The notes: generated by a model not told the origin, from the letters alone. A DNA stretch of 64,000 nt from Patescibacteria group bacterium UBA6201 (GCA_002422025.1 DISV01000005.1:136834-200833); one strand, 5' to 3'. Positions 28,087 through 38,031 are shown, counted from the first letter of the stretch. A program made the numbers and translations.

Positions 28087-28269
28087 ATGAAAAACGAGGA
28101 AGAATTTTACACCGCTGAGGAGTTGGCTCAAAAACTCAAGGTCAATATTATGACTATCTACCGCTATATTAAAGCTGGCAAGATAAAGGCGTATAAGTTT
28201 GGGAAAGAGTACAGGGTCGAGTTGAAGGATTTCGAAGCATTTCTCAAAAAACACAAATCAAACAAGTAA
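28087..28269 (+). CDS. Excisionase-like HTH (HTH_17/MerR-type)
   Basis: FYTAEELAQKLKVNIMTIYRYIKAGKIKAYKFGKEYRV. Confidence 0.88.
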   Translation: MKNEEEFYTAEELAQKLKVNIMTIYRYIKAGKIKAYKFGKEYRVELKDFEAFLKKHKSNK

Positions 28270-28270
28270 T

Positions 28271-31200
28271 ATGAAATTATCAAAAATAATCGATAACAAT
28301 AGAAAAACTTTACTCGACACTTTTGTCGATGTAAGTGAAAAGCATAAAGAACTATCAATAGCTACTGGCTACTGGGACCTTGAAGGAATGAGAATGCTTC
28401 TTCCGCAATTGAGAAACTATGAAAAAATACGACTCCTAATTGGTCGAGAACCTCTAATTCCTCGACACCAACTTGAGCAACCCGAACCAGATTATCCTGA
28501 TCAAGACTTTAAATTTGATTTAACTCATATCAAACCAGAGTCTGAACTTAAAGACCTTGTAACAGAGATCAAACAATGGATTGAATCTGGCAAACTAGAG
28601 GTCCGTGTTTACCGCAAAAACTTCTTGCACGCCAAGTGTTTTATCTTCGGATCATATGATTCTGATGAAGCTATTGGGATTATTGGATCTTCAAACTTCA
28701 CAAAGAATGGCCTGACTCATAATACCGAACTCAATGCTCTGGAATCAGATCATCGTGTAGTTGTTTTTGAACCTAAGAATAAAGAACAAGAAGTTGGCCA
28801 CTTGTACTGGTTTGATAGTTTTTGGAATGATGAAGGAACTGAAAAATGGAATGAGCAATTTGGATCAATTCTTGAATCGTCACCTGTTGGAGATAAACTT
28901 TTCAGTCCATATGAGACGTACATAAAAACACTTTACGAGCTGTACAAAGAAGAAATTATCGACGATGAGTTAGTGGTCAATGAGAGCGAAAATGGACGTA
29001 CTCTTTTCGATTTCCAACACAAAAATACCCAAGCTCTACTGCGAAGACTCAGGAAGTATAAAGTTGCAATGCTTTCTGACTCTGTTGGTCTTGGTAAAAC
29101 TCTGACTGCTATCAATGTGATTAAGCAGTATTTAGAAGACGAAGAAGGTAAAAAACGAGTTGAAATTATATGTCCTAAATCTTTGGTCCAGCAATGGGAA
29201 AAGGAAATGGCTACTGAGGGTATTTATAATCACACTCCTATCACTCTTCAGAACCCTAATGAAATTGAGAAAAAGCGAGAACTTGATGCAATTGCAAGTG
29301 TTACTTTGTTTGTGATCGATGAATCTCACAACCTCCGACAAACTAATGGAAAACGTTTTAAGCAAGTGCTTGATTGGGTACGAGAAAATCCAAAAGCTCA
29401 CGTTCTTTTGCTTACCGCTACCCCGATCAATAATCAATTGAGTGATCTTACCAACCAGATTCTACTTGGAACTGGTGGTGATGCTGACGGTCTAAGACTG
29501 ACTGTAGCTGATGAGAATAATCAGACTGAACAAAGAAACTTCTATCAGATTGTTGAGAACCTCAGAAAGAAGATCAATCAGGACCTCAAGCGAGATGGAA
29601 AAATAGACTATAACCACATTAAACAAGTGATGACTCCAATCATTAGAACGTTTGTGGTTCGACGTACCCGACAAGGAATTGAACAAGAATATGGGTATTT
29701 GATGATCAATGGCGAAAAGAAAGTCTTTCCAGTAGTAGTACCTGAAGTTCTTGAATACGTACTTGATAACAAGCTCGTAAAAGAACTTAAATCAGTCACT
29801 TCTGAATCGATTCCGCTTGATGAAATATACGAGCTTGATCCTGAGCAAGTAGTTGAAAAATGTAAGGATCTTAAGCACCCAATAGATCAAATTTCTAATG
29901 TATCTAAGAAACTTGATAAAGAAAAACTGGATGGCGAAAATCCGATGTATTTTGTATTCCAACTTATATTAATGCTCGGATTCATTCCTTATCGATGGAT
30001 GATGTATAGGGCTGATTATTATGGAAAGACACGAGATGAAATTAAGGAACTGAAGATCAGTTCAGATAAAAGTAAAAAGCTACTACTTCAGCTTGGTATT
30101 TTCGGCATTCTTCGGACCGTATTCCTAAAACGAATGGAGTCTTCAGTGAGTGCCCTAGCTTCTTCGTTGGAAACCTATTCATACAAGCTTGATCTATTCG
30201 AGAAAGGCGTCAATGAAGGAAAAATTGTATCAATGGATGATCTTGATGCTCTTGAATCAAGCCTTGGAGACGAGGATGTTGAGGTGGATGAGAAAGCTCT
30301 TGAAGAGCATACTCTCGATGAGGTTGATGATAAAAACTACGAGCTTGAATCACTTAAGAAAGATATTCAGCGAGAAAAGCAATTAGTATCTCTAATTACT
30401 GCTCAACTTAAGATTCTTAATAAGGATGATTCTAAAATCAAGTGTTTTGCAGATCAGCTCAACACTTTACGAAAGCGAGATCCAAATCAAAAAGTACTCG
30501 TGTTCTCTTACTTTGCAGACACCATTAAATATCTCGAAGAGAATATTGGTAAGTATTGTGATTTTCTTAACGAAGAAAACACTGGCTTTGTATCTTCTAA
30601 AAACAAAGGTGATTCTGAAAATATGGCTTCTCGTTTTTCTCCAAAATCTAAAAAGTATCAGCTTAAAGATGGCGAAACTGAACTTCAGTATCTATTCTCA
30701 ACAGATGTATTGTCTGAGGGTCAAAACCTTCAGGATTCAGGCATCTTAGTGAACTATGATCTTCACTGGAATCCAGTGCGTATGATTCAAAGGAATGGTC
30801 GTGTAAACCGTCTAGGATCTGAATTTGAAGAGGTGTATATCTACAATATGAAGCCAGAGCAAAAGCTTGATACTTATCTCGAATTGGTAAAAAGACTTGA
30901 AGGAAAGATCAATTTGATCAGAAATACCGTAGGTACTGATACTCCAGTTCTTGATGAACCAGAAAACCCTATTGAGTATACAGACTCAGTTACCGATATT
31001 TACAGTTCTGATGTTGAAACGAGATTGAAGGCTCTACAAGACGCTGAAAAAGCTTCGGACTTCTTGCTTTCAGAAGATGAGTTTGTGGTTGATCTGAAAA
31101 AGTTTAACTCAAACGAAAGCTATCCAAAGGAATATAAAGAGAAGGTCTATCAGATGTCAGATGGCAAGTGGGCTGTATGTCCAAAACAAGAAGCTCGAGG

Positions 31201-31756
31201 TCAAGAACGGCCTGAGGTGTTTGGTCTCGCACGACTCTATTCAGAAGCAGAGTCAGATCCTATTGGTTATCAGTTCGCAAAAATAGATCGCACTGGTTCG
31301 CAAATTCAAGCTGTATCTCAATTACAAGCTCTTGAATGGCTACGAACGACACAAGAAGACAACGATCGAGTGATGGATAAGATTACTGCTGATAAGGTGG
31401 CCGTTAAAGATCAACTGGGATCAAAGGTTATCCAATACTTTGGGCAAGAAGAAACTGGATCACTTATTGGGCAAGAAAATAATATCCTCCGATTCCTTTA
31501 TGAAAATGGATATGCACAAGAAGAGATTGATCTGGTCCGAGACGTCTTTAAAACGACAAACATATTCTACAAACGTGAAGTAGATAAGTTGAAGCGGAAT
31601 GTAATGCGACAGAAAAATAAAGGTGAAATGTATCAGGATGATCTACGAGAGCTAGTAAAACTAGCTAAGGAAATTGATAAGAATACGAATGATGAAGAAT
31701 CATTAACACCCAAGAAAGTTGAAAGTGTGTTGTTTTATGTAAATCGAAATGAGTAA
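28271..31756 (+). CDS. PLD-nuclease / SNF2-like helicase fusion
   Basis: ATGYW, HAKCFI and GSSNFT (PLD); DSVGLGKT, DESH, TATP, SEGQNLQ and QRNGRVNR (SF2). Confidence 0.88.
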   Translation: MKLSKIIDNNRKTLLDTFVDVSEKHKELSIATGYWDLEGMRMLLPQLRNYEKIRLLIGREPLIPRHQLEQPEPDYPDQDFKFDLTHIKPESELKDLVTEIKQWIESGKLEVRVYRKNFLHAKCFIFGSYDSDEAIGIIGSSNFTKNGLTHNTELNALESDHRVVVFEPKNKEQEVGHLYWFDSFWNDEGTEKWNEQFGSILESSPVGDKLFSPYETYIKTLYELYKEEIIDDELVVNESENGRTLFDFQHKNTQALLRRLRKYKVAMLSDSVGLGKTLTAINVIKQYLEDEEGKKRVEIICPKSLVQQWEKEMATEGIYNHTPITLQNPNEIEKKRELDAIASVTLFVIDESHNLRQTNGKRFKQVLDWVRENPKAHVLLLTATPINNQLSDLTNQILLGTGGDADGLRLTVADENNQTEQRNFYQIVENLRKKINQDLKRDGKIDYNHIKQVMTPIIRTFVVRRTRQGIEQEYGYLMINGEKKVFPVVVPEVLEYVLDNKLVKELKSVTSESIPLDEIYELDPEQVVEKCKDLKHPIDQISNVSKKLDKEKLDGENPMYFVFQLILMLGFIPYRWMMYRADYYGKTRDEIKELKISSDKSKKLLLQLGIFGILRTVFLKRMESSVSALASSLETYSYKLDLFEKGVNEGKIVSMDDLDALESSLGDEDVEVDEKALEEHTLDEVDDKNYELESLKKDIQREKQLVSLITAQLKILNKDDSKIKCFADQLNTLRKRDPNQKVLVFSYFADTIKYLEENIGKYCDFLNEENTGFVSSKNKGDSENMASRFSPKSKKYQLKDGETELQYLFSTDVLSEGQNLQDSGILVNYDLHWNPVRMIQRNGRVNRLGSEFEEVYIYNMKPEQKLDTYLELVKRLEGKINLIRNTVGTDTPVLDEPENPIEYTDSVTDIYSSDVETRLKALQDAEKASDFLLSEDEFVVDLKKFNSNESYPKEYKEKVYQMSDGKWAVCPKQEARGQERPEVFGLARLYSEAESDPIGYQFAKIDRTGSQIQAVSQLQALEWLRTTQEDNDRVMDKITADKVAVKDQLGSKVIQYFGQEETGSLIGQENNILRFLYENGYAQEEIDLVRDVFKTTNIFYKREVDKLKRNVMRQKNKGEMYQDDLRELVKLAKEIDKNTNDEESLTPKKVESVLFYVNRNE

Positions 31757-34700
31757 TCAAGTATTAGACAAAATTAAAGATATTCAAAAAGAACTCAATG
31801 AGCTTGAGGTTAAAAAAGACCTGCCTCAATCACAAAGAGTAATTGCTTCAATTGTCAGACTTCTTGATGATTCTGTTTCCGTTGATGATCAATCTCTCTT
31901 TCAGCTTTTTACTGATAGTGACGGAAAGATCAGAGCTAATGCTTCTTGGTTCTATGAAGACTCAGTAATGACTGACAGAAAAGCGACGTATAAAGTACAC
32001 CCTCAAAACAACCTGAATCTTGATATTAAGCTCTACGGTATTGCTAAGCCTTCAAAGCGAACGATTGCTTGGGCTCAGTCACTAACGCCAAACTTTGAAG
32101 ACGAACCTTTCAACAAGAACTTCAATGTTGGAATTGATTTTATTGTTCCAAAGAGTGCTGATCGGATCATTGTGGTCCTAAGTAATAACTGGGTTATCCG
32201 AACGCTTGAACTTAAAGGAAAGCTTACCGTTACATTCCAAGAGATCCTCGCACGTTGGGCTGAAATAAAAAACTTTGATAATAAAACTGAGCTTCACAAT
32301 ATCCTTTGGGAAAGTTTCGACATTCAGCCTCTCAACAAGAAGTTTTACTCTGGAATTAGTGAACGCTTTACGCTTCTTCGTCAGTATCTTGTTAAGGAAA
32401 AGGTGTTTGATGAAAAGCACGCTTCTTTATTTGCAAACCGACTCCTTGGTCGAGTTATCTTTTGTTGGTTCTTGGACAAAAAAGGGATCATTAATCCTGA
32501 TCAGAAGTATTTTGACTCTGAATCTTTTGAGAACGACAATGAATACTACAAAACTAAACTGGAAAGACTTTTCTTTAGTGTTCTAAACACTCCAATTTCT
32601 GATCGAGAAAGAAAACTCGAAGGCGAAGAGACTCTGTTTGGAAAGGAAGGAAAAACAACATTATTTTCAGTTGATGATGTAACACCATTCCTAAACGGTG
32701 GTCTTTTTGAAGCACGAGAGAATGATCTCTACAACGATTCAAAACTCTCATTCCCGAAGAATTACTTTGACGATCTGTTTGGGTTTCTTTCAGGCTACAA
32801 CTTCACGACTGATGAAAGTACAAGCCAATTCCAACAAGTAGCGATTGATCCAGAGATGCTTGGTCGTATCTTTGAAAACCTTCTTGCTGAAATGACAGAA
32901 GAGACTGGCGAACAAGCCCGAAAAGCCAAAGGTGCTTTCTATACGCCCCGAGAGATCGTGGATTATATGTGCAAGGAATCTCTCAAGGAATATCTAAAGA
33001 CTAAGATTGAGCACGATGAGCAGTTGGATCAACGCCTGTATCAGCTTATAGACGCTCCCGATAAAGACTTTCAGGACCAAGACCATAATTGGCGAAGGGA
33101 CTGGAAACCTTACAAAGCGGACATTCTGAAGGCTCTCGATGAACTGAAGGTCCTTGATCCAGCCTGTGGGTCTGGAGCTTTTCCAATAGGTATGCTCCAG
33201 CTTCTAGTGCGTGTATATGAGCGTTTAGAGGCTCGTTTTGACTCGTATAAGACGAAATTGGGCATTATTGAGAAGAATATCTATGGTGTAGATATAGAGC
33301 CAATGGCAGTTGAAATTGCACGGCTTCGAACGTGGCTTTCGATTATCGTTGACGAAGAATCTGACTCTAAAAAGATCAAACCTCTTCCAAACCTAGAGTT
33401 CAAATTCATTTGTGCTAACTCGCTTATAGATCTCGATAAAAACGGAAGTAATACATTTGGTGATGATCCAGAACTGCAAGAAAAGCTTGCGTCTATTCGT
33501 GATGGTTATTTCAATACCGAGAGTTTGAATAAGAAGAAGAAACTACGAGGTGATTATGTAAAATTGGTAACTCAAGGCGAAGGTTTGTTTGGAGAATCCA
33601 AGAAATCAAAACAATTGAAGACTTATAGACCGTTTGATAATGAAGCTCAAGCTGATTTCTTTAATCCTAGGTTTATGTTTGGAACTGATTCTTTTGACAT
33701 TATTATTGCAAATCCGCCTTACGTAAGACAAGAGAAGTTCACTCATTTAAAAGAGTCTCTTAAAAAAGAGTACGGAGATTTCTTTAATGGCAGATCCGAT
33801 TTGTATACATTTTTTATCAAGCTAGGATTTCATCATCTAAAAGTAGGCGGTGTATTTTGCTACATTACGTCTAACAAGTTTTTAGTTAGAGGGTATGGAA
33901 AAAATACAAGAAAATTACTTACGGAAGATTCAGTATTAAAGAAACTTGTAAACTTTGGTGAGCTACCTGTTTTTCAGGCATCTGTAGATTCAATAATTAT
34001 ACTGGCTCAAAAAGAAAAGCCAGAAAAAGAAGATGAAGTATGTTTTGTTCAGGTAAAACAGGCAAACGAAATTGAGAATCTTTATAACTTTTTCGAACAA
34101 GCTAAGGAGTGTTTGAATTTAAGTTCTTTAGATAGTGGAGAATGGTCTCTTCAAGATAAGGAAAAAATAAAGATATTAAACAAAATAAAAGGTAATGAAT
34201 TAACACTTGAGAACTATTTTGAGCAAAAAAGTTTTGCTGGAATTAAGACGGGTTATGATGATGCGTTTGTGATTGATGCCAACACAAAAGAAAAACTCGT
34301 TGCTGAAGATCCTCAGAATTTAGATCTAATTAAACCTTGGTTAAGAGGAAAAGATGTTAAAAAATGGAAAGTTGACTATAAGAATTTATATCTTATATAT
34401 ATCCCACTCAATAAAATTGATATTGAAGAATACCCATCGATCAAAAATCATCTTTTAAAATTTAAGGAAAAATTATCTAAGAGAGCAACAAAACAAAAGT
34501 GGTATGAAATTCAACAGCCACAAGAAAAGTTCACAGAGCTTTTTGAAGCTCCAAAGATAATTTACCCAGATTGTGCAAAAGAAATGCGAGCATCATTCGA
34601 CTTAACAAAGTCATATGGCACGATGGCTATGTATTTCTTGCCTTATGATCCATTGATACTTGGGTTGTTAAACAGTAGGCTTTTCGACTGGTATTCTCGA

Positions 34701-34964
34701 ATGACTTTCGCAACATTTGGAGATCCGTGGAAAGGAGGTCGAATCATTTTTAAGACAATTTATATGTCTAAGTTTCCTCTTCCTGATTTGCACGGTCCTG
34801 AGATAGAAAGGATAAAGAGCAATGTAGAAATCATTATTAAAAACATCGATCAAGGTGATAAAAACCAAAATGCTAATCTCGAGAATCAGATAAATGAAGA
34901 CGTAATGACTCTGTACAGACTAGATGAAAATGAGAAAAACATTTTACGTACTTATAAATTATGA
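31749..34964 (+). CDS. N6-adenine methyltransferase with TRD (Eco57I/TaqI-like, type IIG-like)
   Basis: FLNGGLF, GAFYTP, DPACGSGAF, NPPY; TaqI_C-like C-terminus; overlaps both neighbouring genes. Confidence 0.9.
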   Translation: MSNQVLDKIKDIQKELNELEVKKDLPQSQRVIASIVRLLDDSVSVDDQSLFQLFTDSDGKIRANASWFYEDSVMTDRKATYKVHPQNNLNLDIKLYGIAKPSKRTIAWAQSLTPNFEDEPFNKNFNVGIDFIVPKSADRIIVVLSNNWVIRTLELKGKLTVTFQEILARWAEIKNFDNKTELHNILWESFDIQPLNKKFYSGISERFTLLRQYLVKEKVFDEKHASLFANRLLGRVIFCWFLDKKGIINPDQKYFDSESFENDNEYYKTKLERLFFSVLNTPISDRERKLEGEETLFGKEGKTTLFSVDDVTPFLNGGLFEARENDLYNDSKLSFPKNYFDDLFGFLSGYNFTTDESTSQFQQVAIDPEMLGRIFENLLAEMTEETGEQARKAKGAFYTPREIVDYMCKESLKEYLKTKIEHDEQLDQRLYQLIDAPDKDFQDQDHNWRRDWKPYKADILKALDELKVLDPACGSGAFPIGMLQLLVRVYERLEARFDSYKTKLGIIEKNIYGVDIEPMAVEIARLRTWLSIIVDEESDSKKIKPLPNLEFKFICANSLIDLDKNGSNTFGDDPELQEKLASIRDGYFNTESLNKKKKLRGDYVKLVTQGEGLFGESKKSKQLKTYRPFDNEAQADFFNPRFMFGTDSFDIIIANPPYVRQEKFTHLKESLKKEYGDFFNGRSDLYTFFIKLGFHHLKVGGVFCYITSNKFLVRGYGKNTRKLLTEDSVLKKLVNFGELPVFQASVDSIIILAQKEKPEKEDEVCFVQVKQANEIENLYNFFEQAKECLNLSSLDSGEWSLQDKEKIKILNKIKGNELTLENYFEQKSFAGIKTGYDDAFVIDANTKEKLVAEDPQNLDLIKPWLRGKDVKKWKVDYKNLYLIYIPLNKIDIEEYPSIKNHLLKFKEKLSKRATKQKWYEIQQPQEKFTELFEAPKIIYPDCAKEMRASFDLTKSYGTMAMYFLPYDPLILGLLNSRLFDWYSRMTFATFGDPWKGGRIIFKTIYMSKFPLPDLHGPEIERIKSNVEIIIKNIDQGDKNQNANLENQINEDVMTLYRLDENEKNILRTYKL

Positions 34965-36466
34965 AATCAATAATCTTTGCCAGAGTATCAGATAAAAAAC
35001 AGGACTCAAACGAGGCTCAGGTGTCTCGTATTTCTGAATACATAAGAGCCAAAGATCTTCAGGTTTGGAAAACATATGAGCTTGAAGAATCCTCTACTCG
35101 TGGCGATCGAGAAAAATTTCAGGAAGTTATTCAAGAGATCGAGAAGAGCAAAGAACCAATTGCTCTGGTAGTTGATACTGTAGACCGACTTCAGCGAAGC
35201 TTTAAGGAGTCAGTGGTCCTTGATGAGTTTAGGAAGTCTGGAAAGCTTGAGATCCATTTTTATCGTGAAAATCTGGTCCTGCACCAAAACTCAAACAGTG
35301 CCGATCTTATTCGTTGGGATATAGCTGTTATGTTTGCTCGAAGCTATGTTCTTCAACTTAGTGACAACGTAAAGCGAAAACAAGAGCAAATGAGGCGTAG
35401 TGGTGAATGGCCAAGTAAGCCACCAATTGGATACAAAAGTATCTATGATGAAAATGGCACAAGGACCGATATTATTCCTGATCCAGAGACAGCTCACTTT
35501 GTCGTAAAAATGTTTGAGCTTTACGCTACAGGCAATTATTCCATCAAAACACTTCGTGATCATATGATCAAAGTTGGAATGCGAGGCACTTCTGGCAAGA
35601 AGATTGCTCCAAGTATGATCGATAACATTTTGAACAATACGTTTTACTACGGTGTTGCGTATTCAAGGACCAAAAAGATTTCATACGATCACAAGTACAA
35701 ACCGCTAGTTTTTAAAGAGCTTTTTGATAAGTGTCAGGAAGTAAAGAAGGGTTGGAATAAGAAACCATTTAAATATGCTTCAAAACCTTTTGTCTTGAGA
35801 GGGTTAGTTCGTTGTGCCAAATGTGGCTGTGCAATGAGTCCAGAGATTAAGAAAGGAAAATATGTCTATTACAGCTGTACCAATGCCAGAAAAGATCTCT
35901 GTACAGATAAGGTCTACATACCCGAAAAAGACCTCCTGAAGCCAATACACGAGGTTCTAGAGGCTTTTAACAGCATTCCTCAGAAGACTATTGATGAAGT
36001 AGTTCTTGGGCTCAAGAAGTCAAACGAGTCAAAGAGTCTGTACCACCTGAACGCCATAGATGGTCTTCGGTCCGAATACGACAAAACTCAAGACAAGATC
36101 GATCGAATGATGGACCTACTCATTGAGGGTAGTATTACTAAAGATGACTATGACAGAAAGTTGAAAGAGCTTAAGTCAAAACAGCACGATCTCAATATAC
36201 AAATTGAGGACCACACTAAGGCAGACGAAAACTACTATATTACTGCTTCTACAGTGTTAAATTTGGCTAAAAGTGCATTGACGCTATTTGAAAGTTCCGA
36301 AGTGCAAGAAAAAAGAGCTATGCTCAATTATCTACTTCAGAACTGCGTCGTAAATGGAAAAAAGCTAGAGTTTTCAATACGATCTCCGTTTAACCATATA
36401 CTAGAATTGCACAATCAACCTACTGGGCTCCGCGGGCAGGATTCGAACCTGCGACCAATCGATTAA
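34961..36466 (+). CDS. Large serine recombinase (integrase)
   Basis: ARVS catalytic Ser, DRLQR, PPIGY, recombinase domain, CAKCG...YYSC zinc ribbon, coiled coil; last 38 nt overlap tRNA-Asn antisense. Confidence 0.93.
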   Translation: MKSIIFARVSDKKQDSNEAQVSRISEYIRAKDLQVWKTYELEESSTRGDREKFQEVIQEIEKSKEPIALVVDTVDRLQRSFKESVVLDEFRKSGKLEIHFYRENLVLHQNSNSADLIRWDIAVMFARSYVLQLSDNVKRKQEQMRRSGEWPSKPPIGYKSIYDENGTRTDIIPDPETAHFVVKMFELYATGNYSIKTLRDHMIKVGMRGTSGKKIAPSMIDNILNNTFYYGVAYSRTKKISYDHKYKPLVFKELFDKCQEVKKGWNKKPFKYASKPFVLRGLVRCAKCGCAMSPEIKKGKYVYYSCTNARKDLCTDKVYIPEKDLLKPIHEVLEAFNSIPQKTIDEVVLGLKKSNESKSLYHLNAIDGLRSEYDKTQDKIDRMMDLLIEGSITKDDYDRKLKELKSKQHDLNIQIEDHTKADENYYITASTVLNLAKSALTLFESSEVQEKRAMLNYLLQNCVVNGKKLEFSIRSPFNHILELHNQPTGLRGQDSNLRPID

Positions 36467-36499
36467 CAGTCGACCGCTCTACCGCTGAGCTACCGCGGA
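36428..36499 (-). tRNA. tRNA-Asn(GTT)
   Basis: Cloverleaf TCCGCGG/CCGCGGA, anticodon loop CT-GTT-AA, GGTTCGAATCC; CCA not encoded. Confidence 0.96.
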
Positions 36500-36592
36500 A
36501 TATCCTTGATCTGCGATATTAGATCAAGTAGGCACATTCTACAGAAAAACTGAATTGTTTCAACTTTAACGATGGTGTATATTACGCATTCT

Positions 36593-36663
36593 GGGCCCAT
36601 AGTATAGTGGTAGAACGAATCCATGGCATGGATTAGGTCCGAGTTCGATTCTCGGTGGGTCCA
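36593..36663 (+). tRNA. tRNA-Ala(GGC)
   Basis: GGGCCCA/TGGGTCC with G3:U70, loop AT-GGC-AT, GTTCGATTC. Confidence 0.95.
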
Positions 36664-36709
36664 CCTCGCGAAAGGGGCTGGCGCAAGCCAGCCCCTTTCG
36701 CGAGGTGGA
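36660..36709. repeat. Perfect 23-bp hairpin with GCAA loop overlapping the tRNA-Ala 3' end
   Basis: tccacctcgcgaaaggggctggc-gcaa-gccagcccctttcgcgaggtgga. Confidence 0.85.
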
Positions 36710-36863
36710 AGGCGGAACGATGTATTTTTCTCAACTCCTAGAAAAAAAGACGAGTGAGCTGGGGGCGAGAACACTTAGTAGATTTGGAGGCAAAGCCGAA
36801 CAAATATACTTAGTGATTTGTGTCCACTAAATAATGAAGAATCGGTCATGTTAAAATCCGGTT

Positions 36864-37526
36864 ATGGAAGTCAGAATTGAACCAAGTTGGAAGAAGATCT
36901 TGAAGGAAGAATTTGAGAAAGAATATTTTAAGAATCTGTCAGAAAAGGTCCGTCAGGCATACTTAACTGACTCCGTCTTCCCTTCTCCCCAGTTTGTTTT
37001 CAATGCATTTAATCTTTGTCCGTTTGATAAAGTAAAAGTGGTAATTATTGGGCAGGACCCATATCACGGGCGTGGGCAGGCACACGGACTGTGCTTTTCA
37101 GTACAAGATGGTGTCCCTGTCCCGCCATCATTAAAAAATATCTATAAAGAGATAAAGAGTGATCTTGGTATCGAATTGCCAACTTCTGGCAATCTCGAAC
37201 GCTGGGCCAAGCAGGGTGTTTTGTTACTTAATGCTACTTTAACAGTGAAGGAGGCGGCAGCTGGCGCACATCAAGGTTGGGGCTGGGAGGAATTTACTGA
37301 TGCTGCTATTAAAAAGGTTTCAGAGGAAAAAGAAGGAGTGGTCTTTATGCTTTGGGGTCGCTATGCGCAGAATAAATCGGCGCTTATCGACGAGTCCAAA
37401 CATTTGATATTGAAAGCACCACACCCTTCCCCACTCTCGGCTCATAATGGCTGGTTTGGCTCCAGGCACTTCAGTCAGGCTAATACTTATCTAAAATCAC
37501 AAGGAAAGGACCCGATTGACTGGTAA
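36864..37526 (+). CDS. ung: Uracil-DNA glycosylase (family 1)
   Basis: GQDPYH, GVLLLN and HPSPLS motifs. Confidence 0.97.
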   Translation: MEVRIEPSWKKILKEEFEKEYFKNLSEKVRQAYLTDSVFPSPQFVFNAFNLCPFDKVKVVIIGQDPYHGRGQAHGLCFSVQDGVPVPPSLKNIYKEIKSDLGIELPTSGNLERWAKQGVLLLNATLTVKEAAAGAHQGWGWEEFTDAAIKKVSEEKEGVVFMLWGRYAQNKSALIDESKHLILKAPHPSPLSAHNGWFGSRHFSQANTYLKSQGKDPIDW

Positions 37527-37602
37527 ATTTGACATTTAGTAATTTAATTGTTAAGTTTTGGGTTGAATTTAGTTTTGCAAAATAGATAAATGAAAGGAGA
37601 GC

Positions 37603-38022
37603 ATGGTGTTCATGCCATCGTTCAGTCTACCCCTAGGTTTCTTTAGTCGGAGAAATCCACAGGAGAGATCTCGTCCTGCAGATCGCTTGAAGATGTTATT
37701 GGAGGAATGCGGTTATCATATATTTGACATGGATGTGGATAGACAACTACCCATCCATTTTGACAATATGGTCGCTGTCCATTCCGACGATACATCTTCA
37801 GTGATCTGGATATATCGAAAATATGACGATGTGTTCATCGTTCGTCCATTCGTCGATAGTGCTGCTCTAAGTCAGCTCTCAGAACGTTTGCTCGGCAAGA
37901 ATCTGAATGGAATCGTTCTGAGATATGTCAGGAATTTGATTCTTTGTGAAGACGATGATGATTGGTTGTCATGGCTTCCCGAAGACTCAAAGGAAGACGC
38001 AAGAATGGTCGGACATCTCTGA
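37603..38022 (+). CDS. Orphan protein
   Basis: TTGACA-17-TAAGTT promoter, AAAGGAG SD and a downstream terminator; exact start uncertain. Confidence 0.6.
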   Translation: MVFMPSFSLPLGFFSRRNPQERSRPADRLKMLLEECGYHIFDMDVDRQLPIHFDNMVAVHSDDTSSVIWIYRKYDDVFIVRPFVDSAALSQLSERLLGKNLNGIVLRYVRNLILCEDDDDWLSWLPEDSKEDARMVGHL

Positions 38023-38031
38023 TCTACAAAA

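Larger units (their letters stand above)
22691..36433 (+). mobile_element. ~13.7 kb integrative element in the tRNA-Asn 3' end
   Basis: Serine recombinase running into the tRNA, RCR Rep, excisionase-like HTH, RM cargo, lower GC than the flanks, 7-bp core repeat. Confidence 0.85.

Noticed and set aside
28271-31756. Apparent GATC enrichment inside the element
   Set aside because: Visual impression from a short stretch only; needs a k-mer count before it can be claimed
22691-36433. Prophage or complete BREX/DISARM system
   Set aside because: No structural or packaging genes; no pglZ/brxC or drmA/drmB
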